64,000 bases of DNA from Desulfatiglandales bacterium (lineage in GTDB: Bacteria > Desulfobacterota > DSM-4660 > Desulfatiglandales > Desulfatiglandaceae), in assembly GCA_963666345.1 (NCBI GenBank), contig OY762721.1:416001-480000 (forward strand). Reading direction: 5' to 3'. A model generated the notes under the pieces. That model saw nothing but the letters and a program-made list of their open reading frames with translations. It made no database searches and was not told the DNA's origin. Positions 50,981-61,370 of this stretch are shown here, one piece after another. Both the position numbers and the translations under genes were made by a program. Every line of letters starts with the position of its first letter. Position 1 is the stretch's first letter.

Positions 50981-51346
50981 CTATATCTGTTCTTTTGACT
51001 CCAGTGCCATTGATATCTTGTTTTTGAGTTCCGTAAGATCAAAAGATTTTATGACATAAAAATCCGCTGCAATAGATTTCATATCCTCCTTGAAGGTATC
51101 ATAGGCGGTGCACAGAACTACCGGAAGGTTATAGAATCTGTTTCTTATATCCTGAAGGAGATCCAGGCCGTTGTAGTCAACCATTTTTATATCAAGTACA
51201 ACAAGGTCCGGCTCTTCTGCTTCAATCTTTTCCAGGAGCCTATAGCCGCTATCTGCAGTGATTACCTCATATCCCACTTCGCTCAGTTCTTCCGAGTAGA
51301 GATAGCGTATATGTTCCTCGTCATCCACTATCAATATTTTTGCCAT
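50981..51346 (-). CDS. Single-domain response regulator
   Basis: ILIVDDE, LDIKM, TAY, K; receiver domain only. Confidence 0.92.
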   Translation of the reverse strand: MAKILIVDDEEHIRYLYSEELSEVGYEVITADSGYRLLEKIEAEEPDLVVLDIKMVDYNGLDLLQDIRNRFYNLPVVLCTAYDTFKEDMKSIAADFYVIKSFDLTELKNKISMALESKEQI

Positions 51347-51554
51347 ATTTCCGTCTCCCAGACTCTTAAAGCTTGGATACATTTAAGGCTGTATAAAGGT
51401 ATTTATCGACTTTGGGATTCTTTTAAAGCCTGTTTATTATAAGACATAAGCCCTTATTTTGCAAATTCATTGTAAAATCTTTCGTTTCATACCAGGTGCC
51501 GGAGCCTCAAGAGTCAACTCCAAGACCCGGATAAAGACACCGCAGCCATGTTTC

Positions 51555-51588
51555 AGAAAAAAAGCCCCCCGCCATGTGGCAGGAGGCG
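51555..51588 (-). terminator. Intrinsic terminator after hbd
   Basis: Minus strand GCCTCCTGCCA-CA-TGGCGGGGGGC followed by a T run. Confidence 0.6.
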
Positions 51589-51622
51589 AATGGTCGGCCA
51601 TTATTGATTTATGACATGTTAA

Positions 51623-52471
51623 TCAGTAGTCATAAAATCCCTTGCCTGTCTTCCTTCCGAGCCAGCCTGCATCCACATATTTTTTGAGAAGCGGGCAGGG
51701 CCTGTACTTTGCATCGCCGAGCCCATCATGAAGTACATTCATAATGGCAAGGCAGGTATCCAGCCCAATAAGATCCGCCAAGGCCAGTGGGCCCATCGGA
51801 TGGTTCATTCCAAGTTTCATCACTTGGTCGATATCTTCCGGCCTGCCTACTCCCTCAAACAGCGCGTAAACCGCCTCATTAATCATGGGTATCAGGATCC
51901 TGTTGCTGATAAAGCCGGGATAATCATTCGCCGGCACAGGGGTCTTTCCCATCCTTACAGACAGATCTTTTGTCGCTTCATGAGTCTGTTCAGAGGTGGC
52001 AAGACCCCTTATAATTTCCACGAGCTTCATCATAGGAACAGGATTCATAAAATGCATCCCTATTACCTTATCCGGCCTTGAAGTAACTCCTGCTATCTTG
52101 GTAATCGATATGGAAGAGGTGTTTGACGAAAGGATCACCTCATCTCTGCAGTACTTGTCCAGGTCCCTGAATATCTGGAGCTTGAGATCAACCCTTTCTG
52201 TCGCCGCCTCAACAACAAAGTCGGCCTTTGACATGTCCTCAAGAGAGGTCGAACCCTCAATTCTTGCAAGGATTTTTTTCTGCTCATCCAGGCTGACCTT
52301 TTCTTTTTTGACCAGCCTGCCAAGACTTTTTTCAATTGTATCGAACCCTTTATCAACGAATTCATCCTTAATATCGTTCATTATTACAGACAATCCGCAT
52401 GCCGCAGAAACCTGCGCGATACCGGAACCCATCTGTCCCGAGCCCACCACCCCAATGCTCTTAATCTCCAT
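51623..52471 (-). CDS. hbd: 3-hydroxybutyryl-CoA dehydrogenase
   Basis: [35 protein letters not shown]. Confidence 0.93.
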   Translation of the reverse strand: MEIKSIGVVGSGQMGSGIAQVSAACGLSVIMNDIKDEFVDKGFDTIEKSLGRLVKKEKVSLDEQKKILARIEGSTSLEDMSKADFVVEAATERVDLKLQIFRDLDKYCRDEVILSSNTSSISITKIAGVTSRPDKVIGMHFMNPVPMMKLVEIIRGLATSEQTHEATKDLSVRMGKTPVPANDYPGFISNRILIPMINEAVYALFEGVGRPEDIDQVMKLGMNHPMGPLALADLIGLDTCLAIMNVLHDGLGDAKYRPCPLLKKYVDAGWLGRKTGKGFYDY

Positions 52472-52985
52472 GATCAATTACCCTCCCAAAATTTAGCTTC
52501 AGTTTTTAACGACACCGATACGGTTTCCTGCCATCACATAAAAAACGAATTGACTAGGACCTTCGCCCGCGGCTTCATAAAAAGTTCCTCCAGGCTGATT
52601 CAAAAGCTATCTCCCAGCTTTAAACAGCAATAAGCATACCAAAAAAAAGATAAGGCATCAGATGTCTCCTCCTAATCAAAAAACACATATTCCCGGATGA
52701 AAACCAGCCGGTACCTGCAATTCATACAAGGATTTAAAAATAAATGCAAATACATGAACCCCGTATTTAAGGCATGACTTGTCAGAATTTTTTACATTAT
52801 GAAAAAACTACCTGAATTTAATTTCTCGACTAATAATGCTTTCCGGCCTTTATAGGTATAACAATGTCTTATCTGATTGGATACTTACCGGTTGAAATGC
52901 TATACTTGCCGTACAACCCTGCAGAACACGGGGAGCGCAAAACAAACCGATCCACACCAGAGGGCAGGGATTTGTTTACCGGGGA

Positions 52986-53330
52986 GTGAAAACCAGGATG
53001 GGCAATGAAGGGATAAAAATATATCGCCACCCGAACCCTGAGATAATCTCAGTTATTCTGCCCGAAGAAATCTCAACCTATCGGGTCGAATTCTTCAAGC
53101 TTCCTATCAGCCGGGAATCAAAGGAAAGGATGAAGGCACTAGGAAAGATAGCAGGGATAATGACTGAAGAGATAATGGCGATACCGGGCATAAAGGAATT
53201 ACATGTAAAACCGGATGAGATCCGTGTCAAAAAAAGACCGTCTTTTGAATGGGAAGATATAGAGGATAAGCTTGCAAGGATAATTAAAAGGGCCTTGCTG
53301 AAAAAGCGGATTCATCTCGTAAAGGGTTGA
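52986..53330 (+). CDS. Standalone Nfu/NifU N-terminal (scaffold)-like protein
   Basis: HPNPE...IPGIKELHV...IRVKK....W pattern resembles the Nfu_N domain. Confidence 0.55.
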   Translation: MKTRMGNEGIKIYRHPNPEIISVILPEEISTYRVEFFKLPISRESKERMKALGKIAGIMTEEIMAIPGIKELHVKPDEIRVKKRPSFEWEDIEDKLARIIKRALLKKRIHLVKG

Positions 53331-53354
53331 GGCACCTTTATGAATAGTCGAATC

Positions 53355-54524
53355 TCAGGGATCCTTTTCTTTCATCACCCCCGCCCTTTTTATCGCATCC
53401 CTTCCAAATCTGCCGCGTATAAAATCCATCGCCTTATCGATTTCATTCCACGTTCTCTTTTCTTTTTCACCCTTGCTGAAAAGATCCATCTGTTCAGGTA
53501 AATCCCTGCACCTCAGCAGGTGCGAAACACCTATCCCGACAAGCCTTATTTTCCCAAGAGGCCTCAGCCTGTCAATCAAAAGGCATCCATTCTCATAGAT
53601 CACCTGGGAAGAATCGGTCGGATCTGAAAGTGTAACCTGTCTTGTCAACTGGGTAAAATCAGATTTTTTTACTTTCAGGATCACCGAATAGCCTCTTACT
53701 CCTTTGATCCTTAGTTTGTGTGCGGTTTCTTCCGCCTGGGCCATCAACCGCATTTTCAAAAATCCCATATCATCCGTATCCCTGTCAAAGGTATCCTCGC
53801 AACTGACGGATTTTACTTCCAAGGACGGCGAAACAGACGATGTATCGATGCCTCTTGAAAACTGGATGAGTCTTTTTCCAAAAGCACCCGTAATCCTGAC
53901 AAGATCATCAGATGGAGTTCCACGGATATCTCCGAGCAAGCAGATACCTTTTGAATGAAGCAGGGTTGCGGTTTTTCTACCCACGCCCGGCACCTTTTCC
54001 ACGGGAAGGCCTTTTATGACATCCATTACCTCATCAGGTTCAATAAGGACTAACCCGTCAGGTTTATCCCTGTCGGAAGCAATCTTGGCAAGGAATTTCA
54101 GGGGTGCTATCCCGACGGAACATGCCAGGCCTGTCCTTTCCTTTATCTCTGTCTTTATCAACCTCCCAATCCTCTCCGGTTTTCCCCACAACCTCTCGGT
54201 TCCTGTAATGTCCAGGAAGGCTTCGTCTATTGAAATCTGTTCCACAAAGGGGGTGAATTCATGGAGTACTTCCATGACAATCCGCGACACCTGTTTATAT
54301 CTCTCAATCCTTACAGGAAGGAACACGGCCTCAGGACAGAGCCTCCGTGCCTTATACACCGGCATTGCCGAATGGACTCCATATTCTCTTACTTCATAAC
54401 TTGCGGCCGAAACAACTCCTCTTCCTCCCATACCTCCCACTACAACGGGACGCCCCTTTAAGGAAGGGTTATCCGCCTGTTCCACCGAGGCATAAAAGGC
54501 ATCCATATCTATGTGTAAAATCAT
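53355..54524 (-). CDS. dinB: DNA polymerase IV
   Basis: HIDMDAFYASVE, ASYE.R..GV.SAM, SIDEAFLD, KPDG. Confidence 0.97.
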   Translation of the reverse strand: MILHIDMDAFYASVEQADNPSLKGRPVVVGGMGGRGVVSAASYEVREYGVHSAMPVYKARRLCPEAVFLPVRIERYKQVSRIVMEVLHEFTPFVEQISIDEAFLDITGTERLWGKPERIGRLIKTEIKERTGLACSVGIAPLKFLAKIASDRDKPDGLVLIEPDEVMDVIKGLPVEKVPGVGRKTATLLHSKGICLLGDIRGTPSDDLVRITGAFGKRLIQFSRGIDTSSVSPSLEVKSVSCEDTFDRDTDDMGFLKMRLMAQAEETAHKLRIKGVRGYSVILKVKKSDFTQLTRQVTLSDPTDSSQVIYENGCLLIDRLRPLGKIRLVGIGVSHLLRCRDLPEQMDLFSKGEKEKRTWNEIDKAMDFIRGRFGRDAIKRAGVMKEKDP

Positions 54525-54570
54525 ATCGGCCACTTGAAGACATACCGGACAGGCTGACAAGGATTCCCGG

Positions 54571-55332
54571 CTATTCCCTTTTGGCGCAGATACCCACATG
54601 CAAGACCTGGGTCCCAAACATGAGGCGCCTGAATGAGACCCTTTCGATACCAGATAGAAGCATGAGCGAAGCCAGAGCTTCAGGCCTTAGATATCCTTTT
54701 GTGGAATCACGCAGATACGCGTAAGCTGACCTGTTTCCCGCAAGAAGCGCACCCAGCACAGGTATTATGAAGGTCAGGTAAAAATGGACAACCGGTCTTA
54801 AAAGCCCTCCTGAAAGAGGTGTAGTATCAAGACACACCAGCCGTCCGCCTGGCTTTATAACCCTCACCTGTTCCTCCAGTGCCCTGTGACGGTCGGAGAC
54901 GTTTCTAAGTAAATATGCTGAGATGACGGTGTCGAAGGTGTTATCCTGAAAGGGAAGTTCAAGGGCATCCGCCTGGCACCAGTTAATTGCATGGGCTTCA
55001 GGACGTTTTTTGCCCGTTTCGAGCATCTCAAGGGTAAAATCGGCTGCGATCGTCCTTACGCTCGGATCATGGCGGAGGGCCTCAATGGCTATATCCCCCG
55101 TACCGGCTCCTGCATCCAGTAGGAGTCCTCCTTGGGGAACCGCAGAAAGCCTGACGGCCTTTCGTCTCCATATCCGATCATGACCCAGGGTCATCACACT
55201 GTTGAGAAGATCATACCTTTGAGCAACCTTACCGAACATTTCCCTGATAGGAGAGACGCGTTTTGCCGTGAGCTCATCCTCAGGACCATTACTTCTTGTC
55301 TTTGCCAAATTTTTCCTTGAGCATATCTCCAA
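54571..55332 (-). CDS. ubiE: UbiE/MenG-family quinone C-methyltransferase
   Basis: MF..VA.RYDLLN, DAGAGTGD, ADA..LPF, LRNV; start uncertain. Confidence 0.88.
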   Translation of the reverse strand: MEICSRKNLAKTRSNGPEDELTAKRVSPIREMFGKVAQRYDLLNSVMTLGHDRIWRRKAVRLSAVPQGGLLLDAGAGTGDIAIEALRHDPSVRTIAADFTLEMLETGKKRPEAHAINWCQADALELPFQDNTFDTVISAYLLRNVSDRHRALEEQVRVIKPGGRLVCLDTTPLSGGLLRPVVHFYLTFIIPVLGALLAGNRSAYAYLRDSTKGYLRPEALASLMLLSGIERVSFRRLMFGTQVLHVGICAKRE

Positions 55333-56518
55333 GGGTTCCGAAAGAGCCTTGAGATCCGCCTTTGACCCCTTCCTTATATTTCACGTAAACTTCCTGGTCC
55401 TCTTGAACCTTTCCGACAGCCGCCGCCTCAGCGGTTGCCCAGGCAAGGCTCATCCTTTTTTTGTCTTTTTCAATGCCGCTTATCCTTACATCTATCTCCT
55501 GACCTTGAGACAGCACATCCCTGGGGTGATTTATACGTTTTCCCATACCAAGGTTAGAAATATGAATAAGCCCGTCAATGCCCGGTTCAAGGTTTACAAA
55601 GGCGCCGAACTTTTCTAGGCGTGCCACCCTGCCCTTGAGAACCGAGCCCTCATGATATTTTTCGTCCACCTTTTCCCAGGGATCATCGAGTGTATCCTTT
55701 ATGCTCAGAGTGATCCTTTCTCTTTCCCATTCGATATTTTTGATCGATACCTCAACCTCCTGATCCACGCACAGGAAATCGGATATATCCTCAACCCGGC
55801 CCCACGATATCTCTGAAATGGGAACCATCCCTTCCACCGCTCCCATATTCACGAATGCACCAAAATCCCTTATCGAAGAAACGCTTCCCCTGATTCGCTG
55901 ACCCGGCTTCAGGATTTTTTTCAATTCCTCTATCTCATGCCTTCGTTCTTCTTCCAACAGGGTCCTTCTGGAAAGGACCACCTGTTTTCCGCCTTGGGCA
56001 TACTCGGTTATCTTGAAAGAAAGCCTTTTCCCTTCGTATCCTTCAGCTTTCTGGTTTCTCTGCATGTCTATCTGCGAGTAGGGGCAAAAGGCGCGAACGC
56101 TGCCGGCGACCTTGACCTCGAAACCTCCCTTTATCTCCTTTTCGACATATCCTTCGACAGGGATGCCGGTTTCAAAAGCGGACTCCAGATGGTATCTGGC
56201 AGCTCCGCCCGAAATTCTGGTGGTAAAAAGATGTTCATTGTCCTTTCCGGAAAGAAAATAGACCTTCATGGTATCTCCCTCCGCCACGGTCACAGAGCCG
56301 TTTTCATCCATTACCTCTGAAACGGCAAAATACCCTTCACTTTTCAATCCGGTATCGATAAAAACCCAATCCTTTGTAACCTTTATGATCTTTGTTTCGA
56401 TCTGCTCACCAGGTTCGAACCTGACCTTATCCACCGGCATTTCTTCCAGAAACCGAGCGAATTCCTCTTTCTCTGAAATATCGAGCCCCCTCTCCATCTC
56501 ATTTTCATTGTTTTCCAT
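55289..56518 (-). CDS. rpsA: Ribosomal protein S1-like, four S1 domains
   Basis: KSEG, AFCP.SQI, FGAFV (twice), G.DGL.HIS, G.LGD tail. Confidence 0.85.
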   Translation of the reverse strand: MENNENEMERGLDISEKEEFARFLEEMPVDKVRFEPGEQIETKIIKVTKDWVFIDTGLKSEGYFAVSEVMDENGSVTVAEGDTMKVYFLSGKDNEHLFTTRISGGAARYHLESAFETGIPVEGYVEKEIKGGFEVKVAGSVRAFCPYSQIDMQRNQKAEGYEGKRLSFKITEYAQGGKQVVLSRRTLLEEERRHEIEELKKILKPGQRIRGSVSSIRDFGAFVNMGAVEGMVPISEISWGRVEDISDFLCVDQEVEVSIKNIEWERERITLSIKDTLDDPWEKVDEKYHEGSVLKGRVARLEKFGAFVNLEPGIDGLIHISNLGMGKRINHPRDVLSQGQEIDVRISGIEKDKKRMSLAWATAEAAAVGKVQEDQEVYVKYKEGVKGGSQGSFGTLGDMLKEKFGKDKK

Positions 56519-56853
56519 TTCCGCTATCTAACGCTCCTTCAAATTTTATTTGAAAATAGGCATCAGGAATATGCCTTATCCTGAACTTTATCGGTTTTCT
56601 CCGGAATACACCGCTGTCCGTCGGAGAAATACGCACCTTTCAGTCCTATTCAGCCGGGCAGCGAAGTTCTTTGTTCAGAGTGTAGCAGACTGCACGAGAT
56701 TCTACAACAACATAGGTTTTTCCCTGAACCACCTTCAATACATCATCTGTTCCGCTTCGTAACGGGTTCACGCAAGTACAGGCCTTGCATTTGGAACTTT
56801 TTGGTTTGTCGTCGCAATTATGAGTTGTTATGATGCCATCAATCTTTAGAGGC

Positions 56854-57186
56854 TCAAAAATAGGCGGTTGATTCGCAGGAAGATATAAGAGACGGGATCT
56901 CCTCGTCATCAAGGAGGTTGACTCCGTCAAACAGAAGTGTTTCCTTAAGCCCTCTTTCCAGCAGGCTTGTTCTGGGGCAGGAGATATCACCTTTTTCAGA
57001 GAGAAATTTTTTCAGCAGCTTTGAACTCTCGCTACGGCTTTCGATTAGATTGAAAACTCCTTCATCTATACAGAGCACCTTGGTTTCTGCAGCCGCCATA
57101 AGGGTCGACCATGAAAACAGGATTCCGAGAAGCGCCCTTTCATCTCCCTGTGGTTTTGATATAATTATGCATATGGAATCTATCAT
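56854..57186 (-). CDS. DsrF/TusC-like protein
   Basis: I.IIISKP, IDEGV, SL.ERG, ends in F; operon context. Confidence 0.75.
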   Translation of the reverse strand: MIDSICIIISKPQGDERALLGILFSWSTLMAAAETKVLCIDEGVFNLIESRSESSKLLKKFLSEKGDISCPRTSLLERGLKETLLFDGVNLLDDEEIPSLISSCESTAYF

Positions 57187-57196
57187 ATCTGTCTGC

Positions 57197-57592
57197 TCAG
57201 TGCCCGAAGACAAGAAAGACATCGGAGCCGAGCAGGAAATCGCAGAAGGTGTGGGCAATGTTCCCGTTTCTTAAACCCTTCTGCAGAGGCAGGGCGTCGA
57301 TTCCTCTTGCATGCTCATTCAGACTCAGGGAGGCGATATTTGCTCCCATTCGGGCGAGATCCTTCAGTCGTTCCCCGACCTTGTAGGCTTCAAGGTATGA
57401 TACGAGACTCTCTGAAATGCTGTTATCCGGCCTTGACGCACTCTTGCTCCTGGAGATATAAACCCCGTTTCCACAAAGAAAAATGTTTACCTGGTAGCCC
57501 TTTTTCATGGCAGCCTCAGCCAGATTCACCATGTCCCCGGCATCGTCATTTTCCGCAAGGCCTGAGTAAAGCACCATTGTTAAAGATCTCAA
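57197..57592 (-). CDS. DsrE/TusD-like protein
   Basis: AA...G..V.IFL.GNGVY, ARG, SD..LVF. Confidence 0.75.
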   Translation of the reverse strand: MRSLTMVLYSGLAENDDAGDMVNLAEAAMKKGYQVNIFLCGNGVYISRSKSASRPDNSISESLVSYLEAYKVGERLKDLARMGANIASLSLNEHARGIDALPLQKGLRNGNIAHTFCDFLLGSDVFLVFGH

Positions 57593-57601
57593 CTTAATCC
57601 C

Positions 57602-57901
57602 CTATATATTTACCACACGGTACTGTTCATCCATTATGAGATCGATCATTTCATCATAAGACACGGGACTGCATCCAGGGTCTAAAGGCACCCCTTTGGC
57701 CTTCACTGCATTGTCTGACACATATATCTTATCCAGATGGAGATCCTTGAATTTACCGACCATTCCTTTAGAAGCATGCCAGGCGGCATCTCCCAGAAGA
57801 AGCAGGGATTTTTTCTTTGCCCCCCCCAGAAGCCCCACCAGTTCAGGCACCCTGTTTGAACTTTTATTGATCACAAATAGCAGCATATTTTCATCGAGCA
57901 A
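57602..57901 (-). CDS. DsrH/TusB-like protein
   Basis: LLLLGDA, IYV....V.A.G, SY..MIDLI. Confidence 0.75.
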   Translation of the reverse strand: MLDENMLLFVINKSSNRVPELVGLLGGAKKKSLLLLGDAAWHASKGMVGKFKDLHLDKIYVSDNAVKAKGVPLDPGCSPVSYDEMIDLIMDEQYRVVNI

Positions 57902-57949
57902 AATTCATGTCCTGTTTTCTTAATACAAAAACAGCTGAGCCTTCCTTTG

Positions 57950-59929
57950 CTATTTAAAGAGCAAATCAGGCAGAAAGGTGGCTATCCCGGGGAATATCAC
58001 CAGTATGATCACACACAGTATCATGCATAAGAAAAACGGGATTACCCCTTTAAAGATGATATGCAAAGGCACATCAGGCGCCACGCTGCTGAGCGCGAAA
58101 ACATTTACACCTATTGGCGGGGTAATCTGGCCCATCTCCATAACGATCACCGTCACGACCCCGAACCAGATAGGATCAAACCCGAGTGCCATGATCGCCG
58201 GAAATATCGCCGGCAGTGTAAGCAGTATCATGGGTATGACGTTCATCAGACAACCAAGTATTATAAAGAGGCCCAGAACCGCGAAAAAGATCACATACCG
58301 GCCCACCGGCAGCCCCGTTACAACATCCGCCAGGATAAAGGGGAATCTGGTCGCAGCGAGGAAATAACCCAGTATGCCTACACCGATAAGTATTATCAGA
58401 AGTTTGGTGGTAAGATTTGCGGTTTCATTAAAGGCGGCGATAAGGGCTCGCTTGGTCATGCGCTTTCTGGAAAGCGCGTAAAGGAACGCGCCTACGGCAC
58501 CTATTCCTCCACCCTCTGTAGGGCTGAATATACCGCCCAGGATGCCGCCCAGGATCACTACGAAGAGGATGACCATCGCTATTACACCCTTTAGCGCGAT
58601 CAGTTTTTCCTTGAGCGTTGACCGCTCTCCCCTGGGGGCCAGTTCAGGCCTGTATTTCGCTATAAAAAATATGCTCAGCATAAAAAGGGTCGCCAGAAGG
58701 ACACCCGGTATTATGCCCGCGATAAAAAGCTTTCCAACTGATTCCTCTGTGATTATGGAATAGAATATAAAGCCGACGCTCGGCGGGATAAGTATGCCCA
58801 GGGTACCACCGGCCGCAAGGCTGCCTGTAGCAAGGCTGGGGCTGTATTTCTTCTTTTTCATCTCCGGAAGAGAAACCGCACCCATGGTAACCGCCGTGGA
58901 CATGCTGTCCCCGCAAACGGCGGCAAAACCTGAACAGCCGGCAACAGCCGCCATGGCAAGGCCTCCCGGCAGCCTGCCGAGCCATTTGTAGGCTGTGTCG
59001 AACAGATCCTTGCTTATCCCCGAATGAAAGGCGAGTTCTCCCATCAGGATAAAAAGGGGTACTACCGCCAGTATAAAAGACGCGGTGGTGTGATAAGGGC
59101 CGCTTCCAATCATGGCTAGAGGGGCTGCAATTCTCCTGCTGATAAGTATCATTCCGAGGAATCCCGTAACAGCCATGGCAAAGCCTATGGGCATACGCAT
59201 CAAAAGAAGGATGAAAAGCACCGCCATACCTGCAATACCGAGAGGCATGCCTGAGAATCTTCCGGGAAGCATCTTGAGGATAAAAGGGCTGGCGATGAAA
59301 AGGGCGCCGATCATAAAACCCATGGCTATCGGCAACCACTGTCCTTTATCCAGACACCTTGAGATCTCTTCAAGCAGGTCCCTTAAAAGGACCAGAGTAA
59401 ACAACAAGACGCCGAAGGCCGCAACGGCAAAGAAGATCGATATGGGAATCCCCAGGGCGAAACTTACCTCCCCGATCTTTTTTTCGGTCTGAAGCACCGT
59501 CTGCCAGCTCATGATGGCGAAAACAACCAGGCAGACGACATAGTTGAATATTTCAAGCGTACCTCTTGCCCTTTCGGGAAGTCTCTCAAATACGAGATCT
59601 ATCCTTACATGCCCCTTGTTCTTCTGTACAAATGCCATTGAAAGAAACACGATCAGGATCATCATGAATTCCTCGATCTCTATGACCCCGGGGATCGATT
59701 TCCCGGTGATAAGCCGGGATACGACGTCAAAAAATATGGGTACGGACATTACTCCTGCAGCTATGGCCCCCAGAAAAGCAAGTTTTTTTGTAACCGGGTC
59801 AAGTACGCGATCAAAAAGACCTACTACCCGCTTGATTGAAAAAACTTTCTCCTTCTCATCACGTTTTTTTACGGACCGTTCAGAAATACAGCCCTTTTCT
59901 ACGGCCGCCACTACACACTCTTCACTCAT
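57950..59929 (-). CDS. TRAP transporter fused small+large permease (DctQ-DctM)
   Basis: GHVRID DctQ motif in the N-terminal part; PLFILMG, GGTLGILIPPS, ITPP.G.N DctM motifs; start placed at ATG 59929. Confidence 0.93.
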   Translation of the reverse strand: MSEECVVAAVEKGCISERSVKKRDEKEKVFSIKRVVGLFDRVLDPVTKKLAFLGAIAAGVMSVPIFFDVVSRLITGKSIPGVIEIEEFMMILIVFLSMAFVQKNKGHVRIDLVFERLPERARGTLEIFNYVVCLVVFAIMSWQTVLQTEKKIGEVSFALGIPISIFFAVAAFGVLLFTLVLLRDLLEEISRCLDKGQWLPIAMGFMIGALFIASPFILKMLPGRFSGMPLGIAGMAVLFILLLMRMPIGFAMAVTGFLGMILISRRIAAPLAMIGSGPYHTTASFILAVVPLFILMGELAFHSGISKDLFDTAYKWLGRLPGGLAMAAVAGCSGFAAVCGDSMSTAVTMGAVSLPEMKKKKYSPSLATGSLAAGGTLGILIPPSVGFIFYSIITEESVGKLFIAGIIPGVLLATLFMLSIFFIAKYRPELAPRGERSTLKEKLIALKGVIAMVILFVVILGGILGGIFSPTEGGGIGAVGAFLYALSRKRMTKRALIAAFNETANLTTKLLIILIGVGILGYFLAATRFPFILADVVTGLPVGRYVIFFAVLGLFIILGCLMNVIPMILLTLPAIFPAIMALGFDPIWFGVVTVIVMEMGQITPPIGVNVFALSSVAPDVPLHIIFKGVIPFFLCMILCVIILVIFPGIATFLPDLLFK

Positions 59930-59956
59930 AATATACCTTTTCAGCAAAAATGGTTT

Positions 59957-59980
59957 TGCCCCCGCCATTGGGCGGGGGCA
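59957..59980 (-). other. Intercistronic 10-bp hairpin between dctP and dctQM (mRNA stabiliser or partial terminator)
   Basis: TGCCCCCGCC-ATTG-GGCGGGGGCA. Confidence 0.6.
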
Positions 59981-60016
59981 CATAACTAATTTTAAAATCT
60001 GAAAACAGGAGATCTC

Positions 60017-61084
60017 TTACTTGTATCCCCTTCCTGTCACCTTTGCATACTTTTCGCCAAGGCTGATTGCATCCTCAAGAATCTGGCGGGCGTTTTTAAA
60101 ACCTTTCGCCTCCATATCTGACACCCATTTTTCTCTCAAAGGCATAACCTTCTTTGCCCAGAGGGCCCTCTCCGCATCAGGCAGTTCATAAAATTCATGC
60201 CCCTTTGATTTCATCCAGGCTGAATCCCCTGCAGCCCCTTCATCAAGGGTCTTTCCGCTTATTACGGCAAGTTTTTGCCCTGTTGTTTCTTTCATTATCT
60301 TTTTAAGATCATCAGGAAGAGATGCCCAGACCTCAGGATTGGCACCGGCCCAGAACGGTCCTACAAGCAGGTCTACGATCGTATGGTATTTTGCTGCATC
60401 CGTTATCTTGAACGATTTTACCGGTGCAAGAGGACAGAGCACGCCTTCAGCCATGCCTCTTTGAAGCGCCAGGTATGAATCCGGCGGCTGTACCTGAATC
60501 GGGTTGGCTCCCAGCATCTTCATGATTTCGATGAGTTTCGGGCTCCAGCAGAGGATCTTCATGCCTTTGAGGTCGTCAAGATTCTTCACGAGCTTCTTTG
60601 TGGTGTGGAGCTGATATGTGGCGCTGGTCCACTGCCAAAGGATCTCCACCCCCTTGTACTCATTTCGCCACTCAGGATACTTGGTATAAAGATCCCAGAT
60701 TACCAGTGCACCGGCTTCAGCGCTCGGAACCATCAGGGGAAGCTCCATGACCTCTGAAATGGGAAACTTACCGGGATTCAATCCGTTGTAATTGGCTCCT
60801 ATATCCAGGATTCCGTCAACAGTGGAATCAAAATTGTCCTTTGAAGGACAAAGTGTGTTGGGGTTGAAATATTCGATATTAAGTCTGCCTTTGCTAGCCT
60901 CCCTGATCCTGTCGGCCCATGGAATCCATCCGTTTTTAACGGTCGGATGTTTGTCAAAGTAGGCGCTCGTAAAACTCAGATCAAACTTCTTTTCTCCGGC
61001 CAGAGACGGAGACACCCCGGCCGTAAAGACCAAAAGCCCCGCAATAATGGTTACAACCATAGCACTCATAAATCTTTTACTCAT
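60017..61084 (-). CDS. dctP: TRAP transporter substrate-binding protein (DctP family)
   Basis: Signal peptide, S.GRL.I, PG.FP....ELP, DLKGMK, Y.ALQRG, W..LP. Confidence 0.93.
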   Translation of the reverse strand: MSKRFMSAMVVTIIAGLLVFTAGVSPSLAGEKKFDLSFTSAYFDKHPTVKNGWIPWADRIREASKGRLNIEYFNPNTLCPSKDNFDSTVDGILDIGANYNGLNPGKFPISEVMELPLMVPSAEAGALVIWDLYTKYPEWRNEYKGVEILWQWTSATYQLHTTKKLVKNLDDLKGMKILCWSPKLIEIMKMLGANPIQVQPPDSYLALQRGMAEGVLCPLAPVKSFKITDAAKYHTIVDLLVGPFWAGANPEVWASLPDDLKKIMKETTGQKLAVISGKTLDEGAAGDSAWMKSKGHEFYELPDAERALWAKKVMPLREKWVSDMEAKGFKNARQILEDAISLGEKYAKVTGRGYK

Positions 61085-61194
61085 TATCGAACCTCCCTTT
61101 TTAATATAATAATTTTTATTATCCCCTATTCAACATAGGATGGATGGTGAATCCTTTTTCACTGCTCCCGCAAGTTTCAACCATAATATTTATA

Positions 61195-61210
61195 AGCAAG
61201 GTTCATGCCA
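61195..61210 (-). promoter_or_regulatory. Sigma-54 (-24/-12) promoter for the TRAP-dsrHEF-like operon
   Basis: Minus strand TGGCATG-AACC-TTGCT fits TGGCACG-N4-TTGC; adjacent to an enhancer-binding protein gene. Confidence 0.8.
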
Positions 61211-61370
61211 GAAACCACCCAGACGTGTATCCAATTGAATTTTATATTATTTTCCGGATATTCTGCAGAAGTGTGGTAACAAGAGACAACAAGGTGGGAC
61301 AAAATCGCGCATCAAGGCATAATAAAAGCAGCCTCAATTCACTGAAAATACAGCTTAAAAATCAGTTGAG

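Noticed and set aside
57150..57199. TGA stop of the DsrE-like gene as a possible Sec codon
   Set aside because: It falls at the natural family C-terminus, has no SECIS, and the next gene starts 10 nt later
58644..59339. 231-aa alternative-frame ORF inside dctQM
   Set aside because: Same-strand frame shadow of a membrane protein gene with no family features
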